DNA of 64,000 nt. It comes from Chloroflexota bacterium. Lineage in GTDB: Bacteria; Chloroflexota; UBA11872; VXOZ01. The notes beneath the pieces were generated by a model. The model did no database searches. It saw only the letters and a list, made by a program, of their open reading frames with translations, and was not told the DNA's origin. How positions within the stretch are numbered: the first letter of the stretch is position 1; the number at the start of each line of letters is the position of its first letter. The DNA is taken from NCBI GenBank assembly GCA_964291655.2, contig OZ219802.1, positions 1,600,001-1,664,000 of the forward strand. The letters run 5' to 3'. The position numbers and the translations under genes were made by a program. This document shows positions 10,201 to 20,137 of the stretch, piece by piece.

Positions 10201-11465
10201 TGTACAGACCGGGGACATAGGTAACAGATGTTCGGGTAGATAGGTTACACATTTTGTGCTCTGAGGTCTATGGTTTTTACTCTTTGGATCGAGAAGTACA
10301 CGTCCCAGACACCGTCCGTTCGGGTGGGTCGCAGGGCGACTTGCTTGTGCGTGAAGGCCCTGCCCACACGGAGCCGTCTGCCTTGGAAGGAGATGCGGCC
10401 GGAGACATCGACGCTGCGTACGCGGTCGTCGGGAGCGTAGGCGAGGGCAGGCAAGGTCTCTGGGAAAGGGCGAGGACTAGGCGTGTATCTGGTAATGGGA
10501 GTGTCGAGATCGAGGGCATGGTGTGGGCGTTCCAAGTTGTAGAAGTGGCGCCAGGTGTCAAAGGCGCGCTGGCAATGGTCCAGGTCGGTGAAGCTGGTTC
10601 CTGCCAGCAGTTCGCTCTTGAGGGAGCGGTGGAAGCGTTCCAGCTTGCCGAGTGTCTGGGGATGGTAGGGTCGGCTGTGCAGGACGTTGATGCCCAGCTG
10701 CATGAGCCAGACGGTGAGGGGCGTGAAGGGCTGGGCACTGTCGTTACCCCAGGGAGAGCCGTTGTCCATGAGCATGGCCTGGGGCAAGCCGTAGCGGCGA
10801 AAGACAGCGGTGAGGCGGTCTTGGACCGTCTCTCCCCGCTCGTTGGCACAGGCCTGTAACCCGAGGTTGAAGCGGGAGTGATCGTCTAGGAGGGTGAGAG
10901 GATGACAGCGGTTCTGCTGCAGGGCGAAATGCCCCTTGAAGTCCATCTGCCACAGCTCGTTGGGCTGGGGTCGTTCGAAGCGCACGTGGGGCGTGTGCTT
11001 CGCGCTCTCTGTGGGATCAATGAGCCCATGGCGTGTGAGCACAGCGTGGATGGTGCTCTTGGCCGGCACGTCGGTGACCCCCTGGTCCTGCAGCATCCGG
11101 CGCAGCACGTGTGCGCCTTTCTTCGGATGCGCCAGGCGCAAGGCGATGATGCGCTCCTCCAGCGCCGGGCGCGTGCGGTGCGGACACGTGTGCGGCCGCC
11201 GCGACCGGTCGTGCAAACCGTCTTCGCCAGCTTCCGCATACCGCTCCAGCGTCTTGTACGCCGTCTTGCGACTGATCTCCAGACGGCGACACAGCTCGCT
11301 GATGTTGGCCCCTTCCATCAGTGCCAGTGCAATGAACTCCTTGCGTTCAGACACAACCGTACTCTCCTTCCAAGGCATGGCGCTCCTCCATCTGTAAGAA
11401 TCTCCATGCCTTAAGGTGTAACCTATGTGCCCGAACATGTGTAACCCATGTACCCGGTCTATACA
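10201..11465 (-). mobile_element. IS481-family insertion sequence, complete (1265 bp)
   Basis: Ends TGTACAGACCGGGGACATAGGTAACA and (rc) TGTATAGACCGGGTACATGGGTTACA. A 6-bp direct repeat CTCCCC flanks both sides, and a transposase ORF lies inside. Confidence 0.93.
10245..11378 (-). CDS. IS481-family DDE transposase
   Basis: 377 aa starting MPWKESTVV after a GGAGGAG RBS. N-terminal HTH followed by an integrase core (WQMDFKG, DNGSPW, GKLERFH). Confidence 0.93.
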   Translation of the reverse strand: MPWKESTVVSERKEFIALALMEGANISELCRRLEISRKTAYKTLERYAEAGEDGLHDRSRRPHTCPHRTRPALEERIIALRLAHPKKGAHVLRRMLQDQGVTDVPAKSTIHAVLTRHGLIDPTESAKHTPHVRFERPQPNELWQMDFKGHFALQQNRCHPLTLLDDHSRFNLGLQACANERGETVQDRLTAVFRRYGLPQAMLMDNGSPWGNDSAQPFTPLTVWLMQLGINVLHSRPYHPQTLGKLERFHRSLKSELLAGTSFTDLDHCQRAFDTWRHFYNLERPHHALDLDTPITRYTPSPRPFPETLPALAYAPDDRVRSVDVSGRISFQGRRLRVGRAFTHKQVALRPTRTDGVWDVYFSIQRVKTIDLRAQNV

Positions 11466-11826
11466 CTCCCCAGGGAGAGGGAGCAATACACGCCTTTGGA
11501 GGAGAGGAGATACGCGCTCTCTATGCGTGTAGGGAATGCCAAACGTCCCCCTTTTGATTTTGGTGCGACAACATTGGGGACAAGCCGCCGCGCTACGGTA
11601 GTAAAGTCGGTGTGTAACCCGTCATTCCCGCGCACGCTCGCTCCTGCAGGGGGCGGGGATTCCATCTGCGCTGCGTCCCCATGAACCCCGGACGCTGGAC
11701 GCAGAGTCTGCCCGTACTTGATACGGGGTTACAGACGAGTCCTGAGCACTTCGACAAGCTCAGCACGGGCTCTGTCGAAGGGCCTGCGCTACCGGGGGAA
11801 TGACGCTTGCAACTATCTGCTCCCGC

Positions 11827-12297
11827 TCACCCGTTGGGCTGCACCTCATTGATCAACCCAACCAAGCCGTACAACGCCACAATGTAGCCGTACCAACCGA
11901 AGCCCTGCACCACGCCGCGCGCCGCCGCGGAGATGATGGAGTGGCCGCGCCAGGCTTCCCGCGCGTGTAGGTTGGAGAGGTGCACCTCGATCACCGGAAA
12001 CGGCATCGCCTTCAGGGCATCGAAGAGCGAGGGGCTGTATTGGGTCAAACCGGCCGGGTTTAAGAGGGCGCCCTGGGCGTTGTCGATGTTCTCGTGCAGG
12101 AAGTCGAGCACCGCGCCCTCGTGGTTGGACTGGAAGCATATCACGTCAAAGCCGAGCTTTTCAGCCTCCTTGGTAACTTGCTCGTGAATCTGATTCAGCG
12201 TCACCGTGCCGTAGATTTCCGGCTGGCGGCGACCGAAGAGATTCAGGTTCGGGCCGCCCACGACAAGGATTCGTTTCGGGGGAATCTGGTCTGTCAT
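11827..12297 (-). CDS. aroQ: type II 3-dehydroquinate dehydratase
   Basis: GPNLNLFGRRQPEIYG, FQSNHEG, NPAG and EVHLSN motifs. Confidence 0.95.
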   Translation of the reverse strand: MTDQIPPKRILVVGGPNLNLFGRRQPEIYGTVTLNQIHEQVTKEAEKLGFDVICFQSNHEGAVLDFLHENIDNAQGALLNPAGLTQYSPSLFDALKAMPFPVIEVHLSNLHAREAWRGHSIISAAARGVVQGFGWYGYIVALYGLVGLINEVQPNG

Positions 12298-12692
12298 CAG
12301 TTTGCTCCGATCTATGCCTTCAGGGTAGGACTCATCTAAAAAATCATTGTTGGTTAGCAGTCGTCGTTCGCTGCATGGCGGATGGAATCGAACGGGATTC
12401 CATATTCATCTCTGCATTACATGGTACGTGAATTCATCGCGTAACGCCCACCATCAACGCCTGGCGCAGCTTCCAGCACGTGAGTCTTGCACACGTAGCA
12501 CTTCCTGTTCATGCTGAGCTTGCCAAAAGGTCGAAGCATGAACGGAGGCCCTGCGGCAAACTCAGGGCAGGCATGCTCAGAGCCTGCCCCGTGCTCGATA
12601 CAACGTATCGACACGATACAGCGTATCCACACGGATACGGGGACGAACGGAATTGCTGCTTCTCAACGAGTAGCAGATTGCTTACGGCCCGA

Positions 12693-13733
12693 CTAGAATC
12701 GTCCGTCGCGGACCTCAAAGTGTGTTGGTTTCGCATAGGCCGGCAGAGCGCGCTCGAGCCAGTCGGCGGTCCAATCGATCATGATCTCCAGCGGCACGAC
12801 CGGAGCGCCGAAGAGCTGCTGCGCCTGCGCCGTGCTGTTGATCCAGGCGGTCTCCGATTCTGTGCCGTCAAAACGCGGCGACGTGTTGAACCGCGTGCCG
12901 AAGGCATGAGCCAAGGAGCGAATGCTGCTAGCTTCCGGCCCGCCGATGTTTAGCGGACTTGTGGGTGTGGTGCAATGCAGCAGTGCGCGCAGGGCCTGAG
13001 CGCCGGCGTCGCCCTGCCAGATGACGTTCACGTGCCCCATGGTCAGCGGCACCGGTTCACCGGCGTGCACCCAGCGTGCCACGTCGTGCAGCACGCCGTA
13101 ACGCATGTCGATGGCGTAGTTCAGCCAGAGTAGGCGGCCCGGCGTCCCGTGCCGCTCTGAAAAGTATTGGAAGACGCGCTCGCGTCCAACGCAGGAATTG
13201 GCGTATTCGCCCACCGGTTCCGCTGCTGCCTTCTCGTCCCAGCCCTCACCGGCGACCGGCGCGTAGGGGTACACGCAAAGCGTGGAAAACGCCACAATCC
13301 GGGACTGGGCAAAGGCGTCAGCCACGATTGCGGGCACATGCGTGTTCATGGCCCACGTGAAAGCCGGGTCTTCCTGCGTGCCGAACTTCTTGCCTGCCAT
13401 GAAGATGACGTTGGGCAACCGTGGGAGGTCAGCAACCGCGGTGTGGTCCAAGAGATCGCACGCAAGAGTCTCGACACCCCAGGCCTCGAGACGTCCACGA
13501 ACTGCCGGATCGCTGAAGCGCGCCACGCCGACGACCCGTTTCTGCGGTGCCGCGCGCTTGGCCAGCCGCGCGAGTGTCGGCCCCACTTTGCCGCCGACGC
13601 CAAGAATGAGTATGTCGCCGTCGAGCCGCTGCAGGTCGTCGATCAAGGCTTGGCTGGGTCGCGAGAGCAGCTCCTCCAGTGCATCTACACCGGCAATCTG
13701 TGCTGGGAGGGTTTCGGGTGTGAGTAGATTCAT
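12693..13733 (-). CDS. NAD-dependent epimerase/dehydratase family protein
   Basis: 346 aa with a Rossmann motif ILGVGGKVG, MAGKKFG and LNYAIDMRYGVL. Confidence 0.85.
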   Translation of the reverse strand: MNLLTPETLPAQIAGVDALEELLSRPSQALIDDLQRLDGDILILGVGGKVGPTLARLAKRAAPQKRVVGVARFSDPAVRGRLEAWGVETLACDLLDHTAVADLPRLPNVIFMAGKKFGTQEDPAFTWAMNTHVPAIVADAFAQSRIVAFSTLCVYPYAPVAGEGWDEKAAAEPVGEYANSCVGRERVFQYFSERHGTPGRLLWLNYAIDMRYGVLHDVARWVHAGEPVPLTMGHVNVIWQGDAGAQALRALLHCTTPTSPLNIGGPEASSIRSLAHAFGTRFNTSPRFDGTESETAWINSTAQAQQLFGAPVVPLEIMIDWTADWLERALPAYAKPTHFEVRDGRF

Positions 13734-13762
13734 GAGCGACCTACCGCGTACGATGCCTCATC

Positions 13763-13993
13763 CGTCACTCCGGCGGAAGCCGGAGCCCAGGTATGCGAGC
13801 AAGATGGATTCCGCGCCCCCACGGTGGCGAGCTTTCGCGGGAATCACCACGGCCTTACTCAGGCCGCACAACGGGAATGAAATGCGGCGGCCGGCCCTGA
13901 ACGTCATTCCTGCGAACGCCGGAATCCAGGATGTGCGCGACGACGATGGATTCCGCGCCCCTGCGCGGGGGCGAACTTTCGCGGGAATGACGG
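13763..13993. repeat. four REP-like palindromes of the GTCATTCC..GGAATCC family in alternating orientation
   Basis: Units at ~13763-13790, 13803-13848, 13903-13930 and 13947-13993. Confidence 0.75.
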
Positions 13994-14195
13994 AGTCTGT
14001 CGTGCTATTTTCAGGGTAATGACGGATCTTGATTCAGTTTCTCCAGCGGGGCGCTTGCGAGACTAACCTCTGGACGATGACTCAAGCGTGCCCCTCCATC
14101 GGTCACTACCTGCTGTGCAGAGCACCGCTCAGTCCGATGGCAATTCAGTATACCATGGACTCTGACAACCTCAGCGCAAGCAAGGAGCGACGGCA

Positions 14196-15260
14196 GTGAA
14201 GCGGGTGATGTTCGACGATCTCTATACGTGGTCGGTCTTCAACGAAGAGAAGCAATTCGACTTCAACGGCTACCTCTGGGTGCGGGAAGAAGGCAATATC
14301 CTGATCGATCCGGTACCTATGAGCGCCAGCGACGGGGCGCAATTGGACGCGCTCGGCGGCGCTGCGCTAATTGTGCTGACCAATCGCGACCACGAGCGCG
14401 ACGCCGTGGCCTTCAAAGCGCGCACCGGCGCGCATATTGTGGCGCATGAGGCCGACGCGCCGCTCTTCGAACTTGCGGTGGACCGCACGGTAACCGACGA
14501 CGAGGAGATCGTGCCCGATCTGCGGGTGCTGCACCTGGCGCACGGCAAGAGTCCCGGTGAGATTGCGCTGCTCTGGCGCGGCGGGAGCGTGGCCTTCATC
14601 GGCGACTACGTCTGGGGCCATCCCGTGGGCTCGTTGACGCTCGGCGCGGAACCGGCCGTGGCAGACCCGGCGCAAGCGGCGCTGCAACTCCGCAAGCTGC
14701 TGGCGGTGCAGCAACTCGACGCGCTGCTGCTCGGCGACGGCCATTCGATCCTAAGTGGCGCCCGCGATGCGCTGCTGGCTATGCTCGAAGCGCGCACGGA
14801 TATCTATATCAACCGCATTAACCTGGATGAGATACCGTGGTTGCCGCTGAAAGCTCCGGATGACTTCGTGTATGAATTCAAGAACATCGACCCGTTGATT
14901 GGCGCCCGCCACCTGGGGTATCAGGTCATTCGCCTCAAGCCGGGCAAGACAGCCTTTCCGCTCCACTTCCACCACCACGAAGAAGAGCTGGGCGTGGTCT
15001 TGGACGGGGAGTGCACGGTGCGGACCTCGCGAGGCGACGTGCCTGCGCGCGCCGGGGACTTCTTCGCGTATCCGCCCGGTCCCAACGGCGACCACCACTA
15101 CATCAACACGGGCGCTGAGCCCTGCACACTGCTGCTCCTGAGCAACGTGGTACCTGCCGACGTGAGCGAATATCCTAACTCCAACAAGGTGAACATGCGC
15201 TCCGTCCGCCGCATCTTCCGCAAACAGGACGCCGTGGACTACTGGGACGGAGAAGTGTGA
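14196..15260 (+). CDS. MBL-fold / cupin fusion protein
   Basis: The N-half is MBL-like (ILIDP, LTNRDHERD, GKSPGE, GDGH). The C-half is a cupin (PLHFHHHEEE, GDHHYINTG). Confidence 0.75.
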   Translation: MKRVMFDDLYTWSVFNEEKQFDFNGYLWVREEGNILIDPVPMSASDGAQLDALGGAALIVLTNRDHERDAVAFKARTGAHIVAHEADAPLFELAVDRTVTDDEEIVPDLRVLHLAHGKSPGEIALLWRGGSVAFIGDYVWGHPVGSLTLGAEPAVADPAQAALQLRKLLAVQQLDALLLGDGHSILSGARDALLAMLEARTDIYINRINLDEIPWLPLKAPDDFVYEFKNIDPLIGARHLGYQVIRLKPGKTAFPLHFHHHEEELGVVLDGECTVRTSRGDVPARAGDFFAYPPGPNGDHHYINTGAEPCTLLLLSNVVPADVSEYPNSNKVNMRSVRRIFRKQDAVDYWDGEV

Positions 15261-15464
15261 TAGGGATTGCCAGACTCAAGCCGGAAACTTGAGGGATAGG
15301 GAATCTTGTACCGCTAAGGCAACGGCGGGTGTCACGTCCGCTCACCTGGCTAGAGAACTATCGCACATTCCTGCCGTGCTATTAGCACCCCACTGCGGTG
15401 TGTAGTACCGTATATAAGGACGAATAAGGCGGCAAAGACCTCCAACATTCAGAAAGCAACGAAA

Positions 15465-16496
15465 GTGGCATCTGTAGTTCGGTTCGGCATCGCGGGGATG
15501 GACCATTGGTATGCCGGTTTCGGGGCGCTGCGGGGCATTGCCGCATGCGATAATGCGGTGGTGACGGCTGCGGCGCATCGCAAGACTGCGTACCTAGAGG
15601 CGACGGCACGAGACTTTGACATTCCTTATACGACCGACGACTATCACGAAGTCGTGCGGCGGGATGACGTGGACGTGGTCGTGGCGGCCTGCACCACGGC
15701 GGAAGCGCCCGCACTGTGCCAAGAAGCGGCCTGCCATGGCAAGCACATCATCTGCGTGAAGCCGATGGCGCTCACGCTGGCAGACGCCGACGCGGTGGTC
15801 GGGGCGGTCGCGCAGGCCGGTGTCGGCTTCTATCCGCTGGAAGCCCTTCAGGCAGGCGGCGGCGCGGCGCAACAATACGCGCAATGGCTGCAGGAAGGCC
15901 GCATTGGACGGCCCATTAGCGCCACCGTAATCCGGCGGGGTGGACTGCCCACGCAGGAGTGGCCCGGCGTGCACGTGGCCCGCACCTGGTGGCTGGATGC
16001 TTCCCTAGCTCCCGGCGGCGGTTGGATCGACCACGCGATCTATGACGTCCACATGCTGCGCAAGTTGCTGGACGCTGAGGTTGTCCGCGTGACCGGCGCC
16101 ACCGCGAACTTGGTTCACAAAGACATTCCGCTTGAGGACTTTGGGGTGGCGACGCTCACGTTTGATAACGGCGTGGTAGCAACGCTGGAAGTTACGTGGT
16201 CCAGCGGTCCCGAATCGGGCATGCACGCGTTCCAGCTCGTGGGCACCGAGGGGCAGATTGCTACGGACGGCATTTCCGGCAAGCTGGCAGTGCGGGGCAA
16301 CTTTGCGCCCTGGCAGGGCTGGGTGCTTTCCGATGCTGTCAAAGGTCAGAGTGGAGAGAGCATCGCGTTGATGGCGGACCATGTGCAGAACGGCACGCCG
16401 CTGCCGGCCACGGTCGAAGACGGACGGCAAAACCTCGCAGTGTGCCTGGCCCTCTACGAGGCCGCGCGCCATGACCGCGTCGTTATGCTTGCCTAG
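15465..16496 (+). CDS. Gfo/Idh/MocA family oxidoreductase
   Basis: GKHIICVKPMA, GGGWIDHAIY and LVGTEG motifs. Confidence 0.88.
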   Translation: MASVVRFGIAGMDHWYAGFGALRGIAACDNAVVTAAAHRKTAYLEATARDFDIPYTTDDYHEVVRRDDVDVVVAACTTAEAPALCQEAACHGKHIICVKPMALTLADADAVVGAVAQAGVGFYPLEALQAGGGAAQQYAQWLQEGRIGRPISATVIRRGGLPTQEWPGVHVARTWWLDASLAPGGGWIDHAIYDVHMLRKLLDAEVVRVTGATANLVHKDIPLEDFGVATLTFDNGVVATLEVTWSSGPESGMHAFQLVGTEGQIATDGISGKLAVRGNFAPWQGWVLSDAVKGQSGESIALMADHVQNGTPLPATVEDGRQNLAVCLALYEAARHDRVVMLA

Positions 16497-16947
16497 CATG
16501 TGATGCTTGCCTCAGTGGTCTTGCGTAACATCTACGCCATTGGCCTGGGGACTTAACTTAAGGGGTTTTGCTTGGCGTTGCCGTCGCACAACGAGAATGA
16601 CTATCATCGCCCCACCGGAGTCGCATCACCCAATTCTCAGGCCGCGTCTTGCCCCCTCTCCCCGTGGGAGAGGGCCGGAGTGAGGGCAAAGTGCAGCGAG
16701 ACGCTGACTAGGAGAGGGTTAACCAACTCTAGGATAGCGATTTGGCTGGTGAGCGCCGACGTAGGTTGCAAACCTGCGCTACCGGAGGACCGGGCAGGGT
16801 TGCGCCCGGGAATGCAAGAGATTCTTGCAGTGCGGCTGGGGTGAAAGCAATGAATGACGGCCCCCGCTGTCCGTATGTTGCCGGGTTTTCGTGCGGCCTG
16901 CCAAGTTCAATACCCGTTCATTCATTAGTTTTGCGCACGGCACATTC

Positions 16948-17706
16948 ATGAGCACAGTCATCGCGCTTGCGAATCAGAAAGGCGGTGTCGGCAAGACGAC
17001 CACCGCCGTCAACCTGGGCGCGTACCTTGCCTTGCACAAGCAAACGGTGCTCTTGGTAGACTTGGACCCGCAGGCGAACACTACCGGCGGCTTAGGCATC
17101 CCCAAAAGCGACCCCAGCATCTACCACGTGCTGCGCGGCAGGGCTGCGGCACAGGACCTCATCGTTCCGGTGGAGAGCGCTCCCAATCTCTCGGTGTTGC
17201 CGTCAAGCCCGGCCCTAGCGGGCCTGGAAGCGGAAGCCGTAAGCCTGCCGGAGCGCGAGTACCTCTTGCGCGCCGCGCTGGCTCCGCTGCGCGACGCGTA
17301 CGCGTACATTCTGATTGACTGTCCGCCATCACTCGGCATGCTCACGGTGAACGGCCTTTGCGCTGCCGATGAGGTGATAATTCCGGTACAGTGTGAGTAC
17401 TTGGCGCTGGAGGGACTGGCGCAATTGCTGGATACGGTCAGGCGGGTGCGCAGCGGGTTGCACCCGAGGCTGGGACGCGTGCGCATACTCATGACGATGT
17501 ACGACGTGCGTACTCGCTTATCGCAACAAGTGCGCGACGAGGTGCGGTCGCACCTGCCGGGTCAGGTGTTCGAGACCGTGATTGCCCGTAACGTGCGCCT
17601 GGCGGAAGCGCCGAGCCACGGCCGCACGATACTGGCGTACGATCCCTTCTCAAAAGGGGCCGAAGGCTATCGCCGCTTGGCAGAGGAAGTACTAGGCAGT
17701 GTTTGA
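16948..17706 (+). CDS. parA: chromosome partitioning ATPase ParA/Soj
   Basis: [38 protein letters not shown] and [12 protein letters not shown] motifs. Confidence 0.95.
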   Translation: MSTVIALANQKGGVGKTTTAVNLGAYLALHKQTVLLVDLDPQANTTGGLGIPKSDPSIYHVLRGRAAAQDLIVPVESAPNLSVLPSSPALAGLEAEAVSLPEREYLLRAALAPLRDAYAYILIDCPPSLGMLTVNGLCAADEVIIPVQCEYLALEGLAQLLDTVRRVRSGLHPRLGRVRILMTMYDVRTRLSQQVRDEVRSHLPGQVFETVIARNVRLAEAPSHGRTILAYDPFSKGAEGYRRLAEEVLGSV

Positions 17707-17723
17707 AGAACCCACACCATTAC

Positions 17724-18225
17724 CTAAAGTGCCGGGTTATCCGATGACAGATTCGGCAAACGTAATCGGTGGTTCTGCAGTCGTGTGCGACCACATCACA
17801 TGTCATTCCGAACGGAGCGCAGCGCAGAGAGGAATCTCGTGTGGCGAGGCTGAAAACTGGGTGCAGCTTGGGCCCTAGATTCCGCGAACAGGGTTCGACG
17901 CTACGCTCGGAATTGTAAATGTCAGGTAATTCGTTGACAGATTTGAGAACAAAAGCAACCCTTCGCAGTGTTAGACATGACTAGTACACGTGTCATTCCG
18001 AACGAAGCGCAGCGAAGAGAGGAATCTAAGATGTTGAGCCTATTGGGCGACACGTTGCATGGGCCCTAGATTCCTCGCTGCGCTCGGAATGACATGCGCC
18101 GTCAACTCCTCAGAATGGAAAGCGAATTCTGTCAACGCATTACTCAACACGTACAGGAATGACAGAGATTTTCAGCGCTATCTAGTAGACTAGGGTATTT
18201 GAGAACGACCTACTGAACACTGAGA
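17724..18225 (+). mobile_element. degenerate older copy of the TGTA-ended MITE (outer element of a nested pair)
   Basis: Degenerate left end (GTGCCGGGTTATCCGATGACAGATT) and right end (AACGACCTACTGAACA). Both lie at the same spacing from the internal REPs (45 and 39 nt) as in the intact copy at 50338. Confidence 0.6.
17914..18155 (+). mobile_element. TGTA...TACA-ended MITE carrying a REP doublet (copy 1)
   Basis: TIRs TGTAAATGTCAGGTAATTCGTTGACAG and (rc) TGTACGTGTTGAGTAATGCGTTGACAG. A 5-bp direct repeat GGAAT flanks both sides. Confidence 0.85.
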
Positions 18226-18228
18226 AGA

Positions 18229-19092
18229 GTGACCGTTGAGAGGAGTCAGGAGACTGTGTCGCGTAGAGGTGGCTTGGGCCGAGGACTAGAGGCGTTGCTG
18301 CCGGAGTCGGGTCTGCAGGACATACCGGTAGAGCGCATTCGTCCCAATCCGTTGCAGCCGCGCCAGACATTTGTTGAAGACGAGCTGGAAGAGCTTGCGC
18401 AATCGATCCGCGAGCACGGCATTCTGCAACCGGTGGTGGTCAGCCGCCAAGCGGAGGAAGGCGTCTATCAGCTAATCGTCGGCGAACGCCGCTGGCGCGC
18501 GGCTCAGCAAGCGGGCCTCGCCACAATCCCGGCTCTAATCCGGCCCACCGGCAGCCGCGAGGCGCTGGAAATCGCGCTGGTCGAGAACCTCCAGCGGGCG
18601 AGCCTTTCGCCGCTTGAAACTGCCGAGGCGTATGCGGCGCTCATCAGCGAATTTGGCATTACCCAGGAGCAGGTGGCGGCGCGCGTCGGCAAGAGCCGGT
18701 CTGCCGTTGCTAATACGCTGCGTTTGCTGAATCTTGCTACTGCGGTTAAGGAAGCCCTCGCTTTGGAGACGATCAGCGAAGGCCACGGGCGGGCCCTGGT
18801 TCGGCTTGCGCCCGAGCTGCAAATACATGCGTTAGCTGAGATAGAAAAACGAGGTCTGAACGTGCGCCAGACCGAGCAACTTGTGATACGACTGCTGGGA
18901 TCGCCGCGCTCTCCTCGTGCCAAATCCCCAGATGCCCGCAACGTCGAGTGGGAAGACCTGCTCCGGCGTTCTCTCGCAACGAAAGTGGAAATCAAGCGCC
19001 GCGGCAAACAGGGCACCATCCAAATCCACTTCTTCTCTGATGAGGAATTGGAAGGTCTGTTGGACAGGCTGCTAACCGAGGAAGAAGGGTAG
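18229..19092 (+). CDS. parB: chromosome partitioning protein ParB/Spo0J
   Basis: GLGRGLEALL, PNPLQPRQTF, GILQPVVV, GERRWRA, ENLQR and an HTH (VGKSRSAVANTLRLL). Confidence 0.95.
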   Translation: MTVERSQETVSRRGGLGRGLEALLPESGLQDIPVERIRPNPLQPRQTFVEDELEELAQSIREHGILQPVVVSRQAEEGVYQLIVGERRWRAAQQAGLATIPALIRPTGSREALEIALVENLQRASLSPLETAEAYAALISEFGITQEQVAARVGKSRSAVANTLRLLNLATAVKEALALETISEGHGRALVRLAPELQIHALAEIEKRGLNVRQTEQLVIRLLGSPRSPRAKSPDARNVEWEDLLRRSLATKVEIKRRGKQGTIQIHFFSDEELEGLLDRLLTEEEG

Positions 19093-19201
19093 TGCGACGA
19101 GAACTAAGCGTGGTCTGACAGGCGCCAATTGGTCAGCAAGCGGCTTACGCGGGCGGCACTTACTGCTAAGGCGCATCTGGAGAATCAGGCTGAATCGTCA
19201 A

Positions 19202-19462
19202 CTAAGTAATCGTAACACCAAACTGCTTGGCGGCTTGCTCAAATGCTCTATCGGTAGCTTCTTGTACTACATAGTGATTTGAACCTTCACGGTTGTAGAA
19301 CACCGGAGCCACACCGGTTCGCCTGCGCCCTTTAGCACTAATGATGACCTTGACGACCGAAACTTCGCCAAACTTTCCCTCAATAGTCTCAATGTCCGAT
19401 GACCAATCTTGGTCATAGAGGTCAAGGCCTTGTATCAAACTTGGATGCATACTCTCACTCAC
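19202..19462 (-). CDS. small hypothetical protein, possibly Rad52/Rad22-like fold
   Basis: 86 aa. The start overlaps the upstream stop (GTGA). The C-terminal EATDRAFEQAAKQFGV resembles the Rad52-family A-x-TD-A-x-K-R-A..FG helix. Confidence 0.55.
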   Translation of the reverse strand: MSESMHPSLIQGLDLYDQDWSSDIETIEGKFGEVSVVKVIISAKGRRRTGVAPVFYNREGSNHYVVQEATDRAFEQAAKQFGVTIT

Positions 19463-19842
19463 ACACTGAATATGTGCTTCTCTATTTTTCCGAGAAAGAC
19501 TCGCACATCGCCAATGCTCTTACGTACGTCTTCCTCATCCAAAGAGTCTTCATAGAAGTTTCGATGAAGGGAGTTCGCTAGTCGGAATAGGGGCGGCAAC
19601 TCGGCATCATTACACTCGTCGGCGATTCTCTGTACGTTTTCGCGGAGTGGGCCGTACTTGCCGTGCTTCCATCTCCGCTGCACAGATGCGGCCTTTACCA
19701 CATGTACGGCGGCTCCCCATGCCTTTTCCGATGCCTGGAGCATGTCCCCTCGGCCCAACTCTTCCTCCGCTTGTTCAATGAAAATGTAGCTGGTTTGTAG
19801 ATGCTCGGTAGCCTTTGCCAACTGCTCGTCAGTTGTCGACAT
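19459..19842 (-). CDS. PaREP1-family (HEPN superfamily) protein
   Basis: QASEKAWGAA and ANSLHRNFYE signatures; 127 aa from MSTTDEQL. Confidence 0.8.
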   Translation of the reverse strand: MSTTDEQLAKATEHLQTSYIFIEQAEEELGRGDMLQASEKAWGAAVHVVKAASVQRRWKHGKYGPLRENVQRIADECNDAELPPLFRLANSLHRNFYEDSLDEEDVRKSIGDVRVFLGKIEKHIFSV

Positions 19843-20137
19843 TATTCGACTCCGGCAACGCCCGTTACACCTTCTGCGGCGCTTGGCGTGAAGTACATTC
19901 CAGTCATACTGTTGGACTATCCTCACCTTACAAGCACTGGTGAATGAAGACAATCCTTCACCGCATGACTACGGCTAATTCCTTGCTATTTATATAACTA
20001 AGTCTGTCATGGAACGGTTATACGAGTCAATACTGTTTGCTGACATGGACCTACCACAACCACAAGCCGACTGTTAAGAATAGCGCCTGAGATAGGGGCG
20101 GACTCCACGAGTCTTCTTGCGCGAAAACTCTCCAGCG

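Noticed and set aside
17914-18155. Tn7/CAST transposon ends
   Set aside because: TGT..ACA ends and 5-bp duplications fit the clade, but no tnsABCD, tniQ or cas genes are present and the ends differ from those of the local IS481. The mobilising enzyme cannot be assigned.
16948-19092. Replication origin or plasmid partition locus
   Set aside because: No dnaA/gid genes, DnaA-box cluster, rep gene or canonical parS palindrome was seen.
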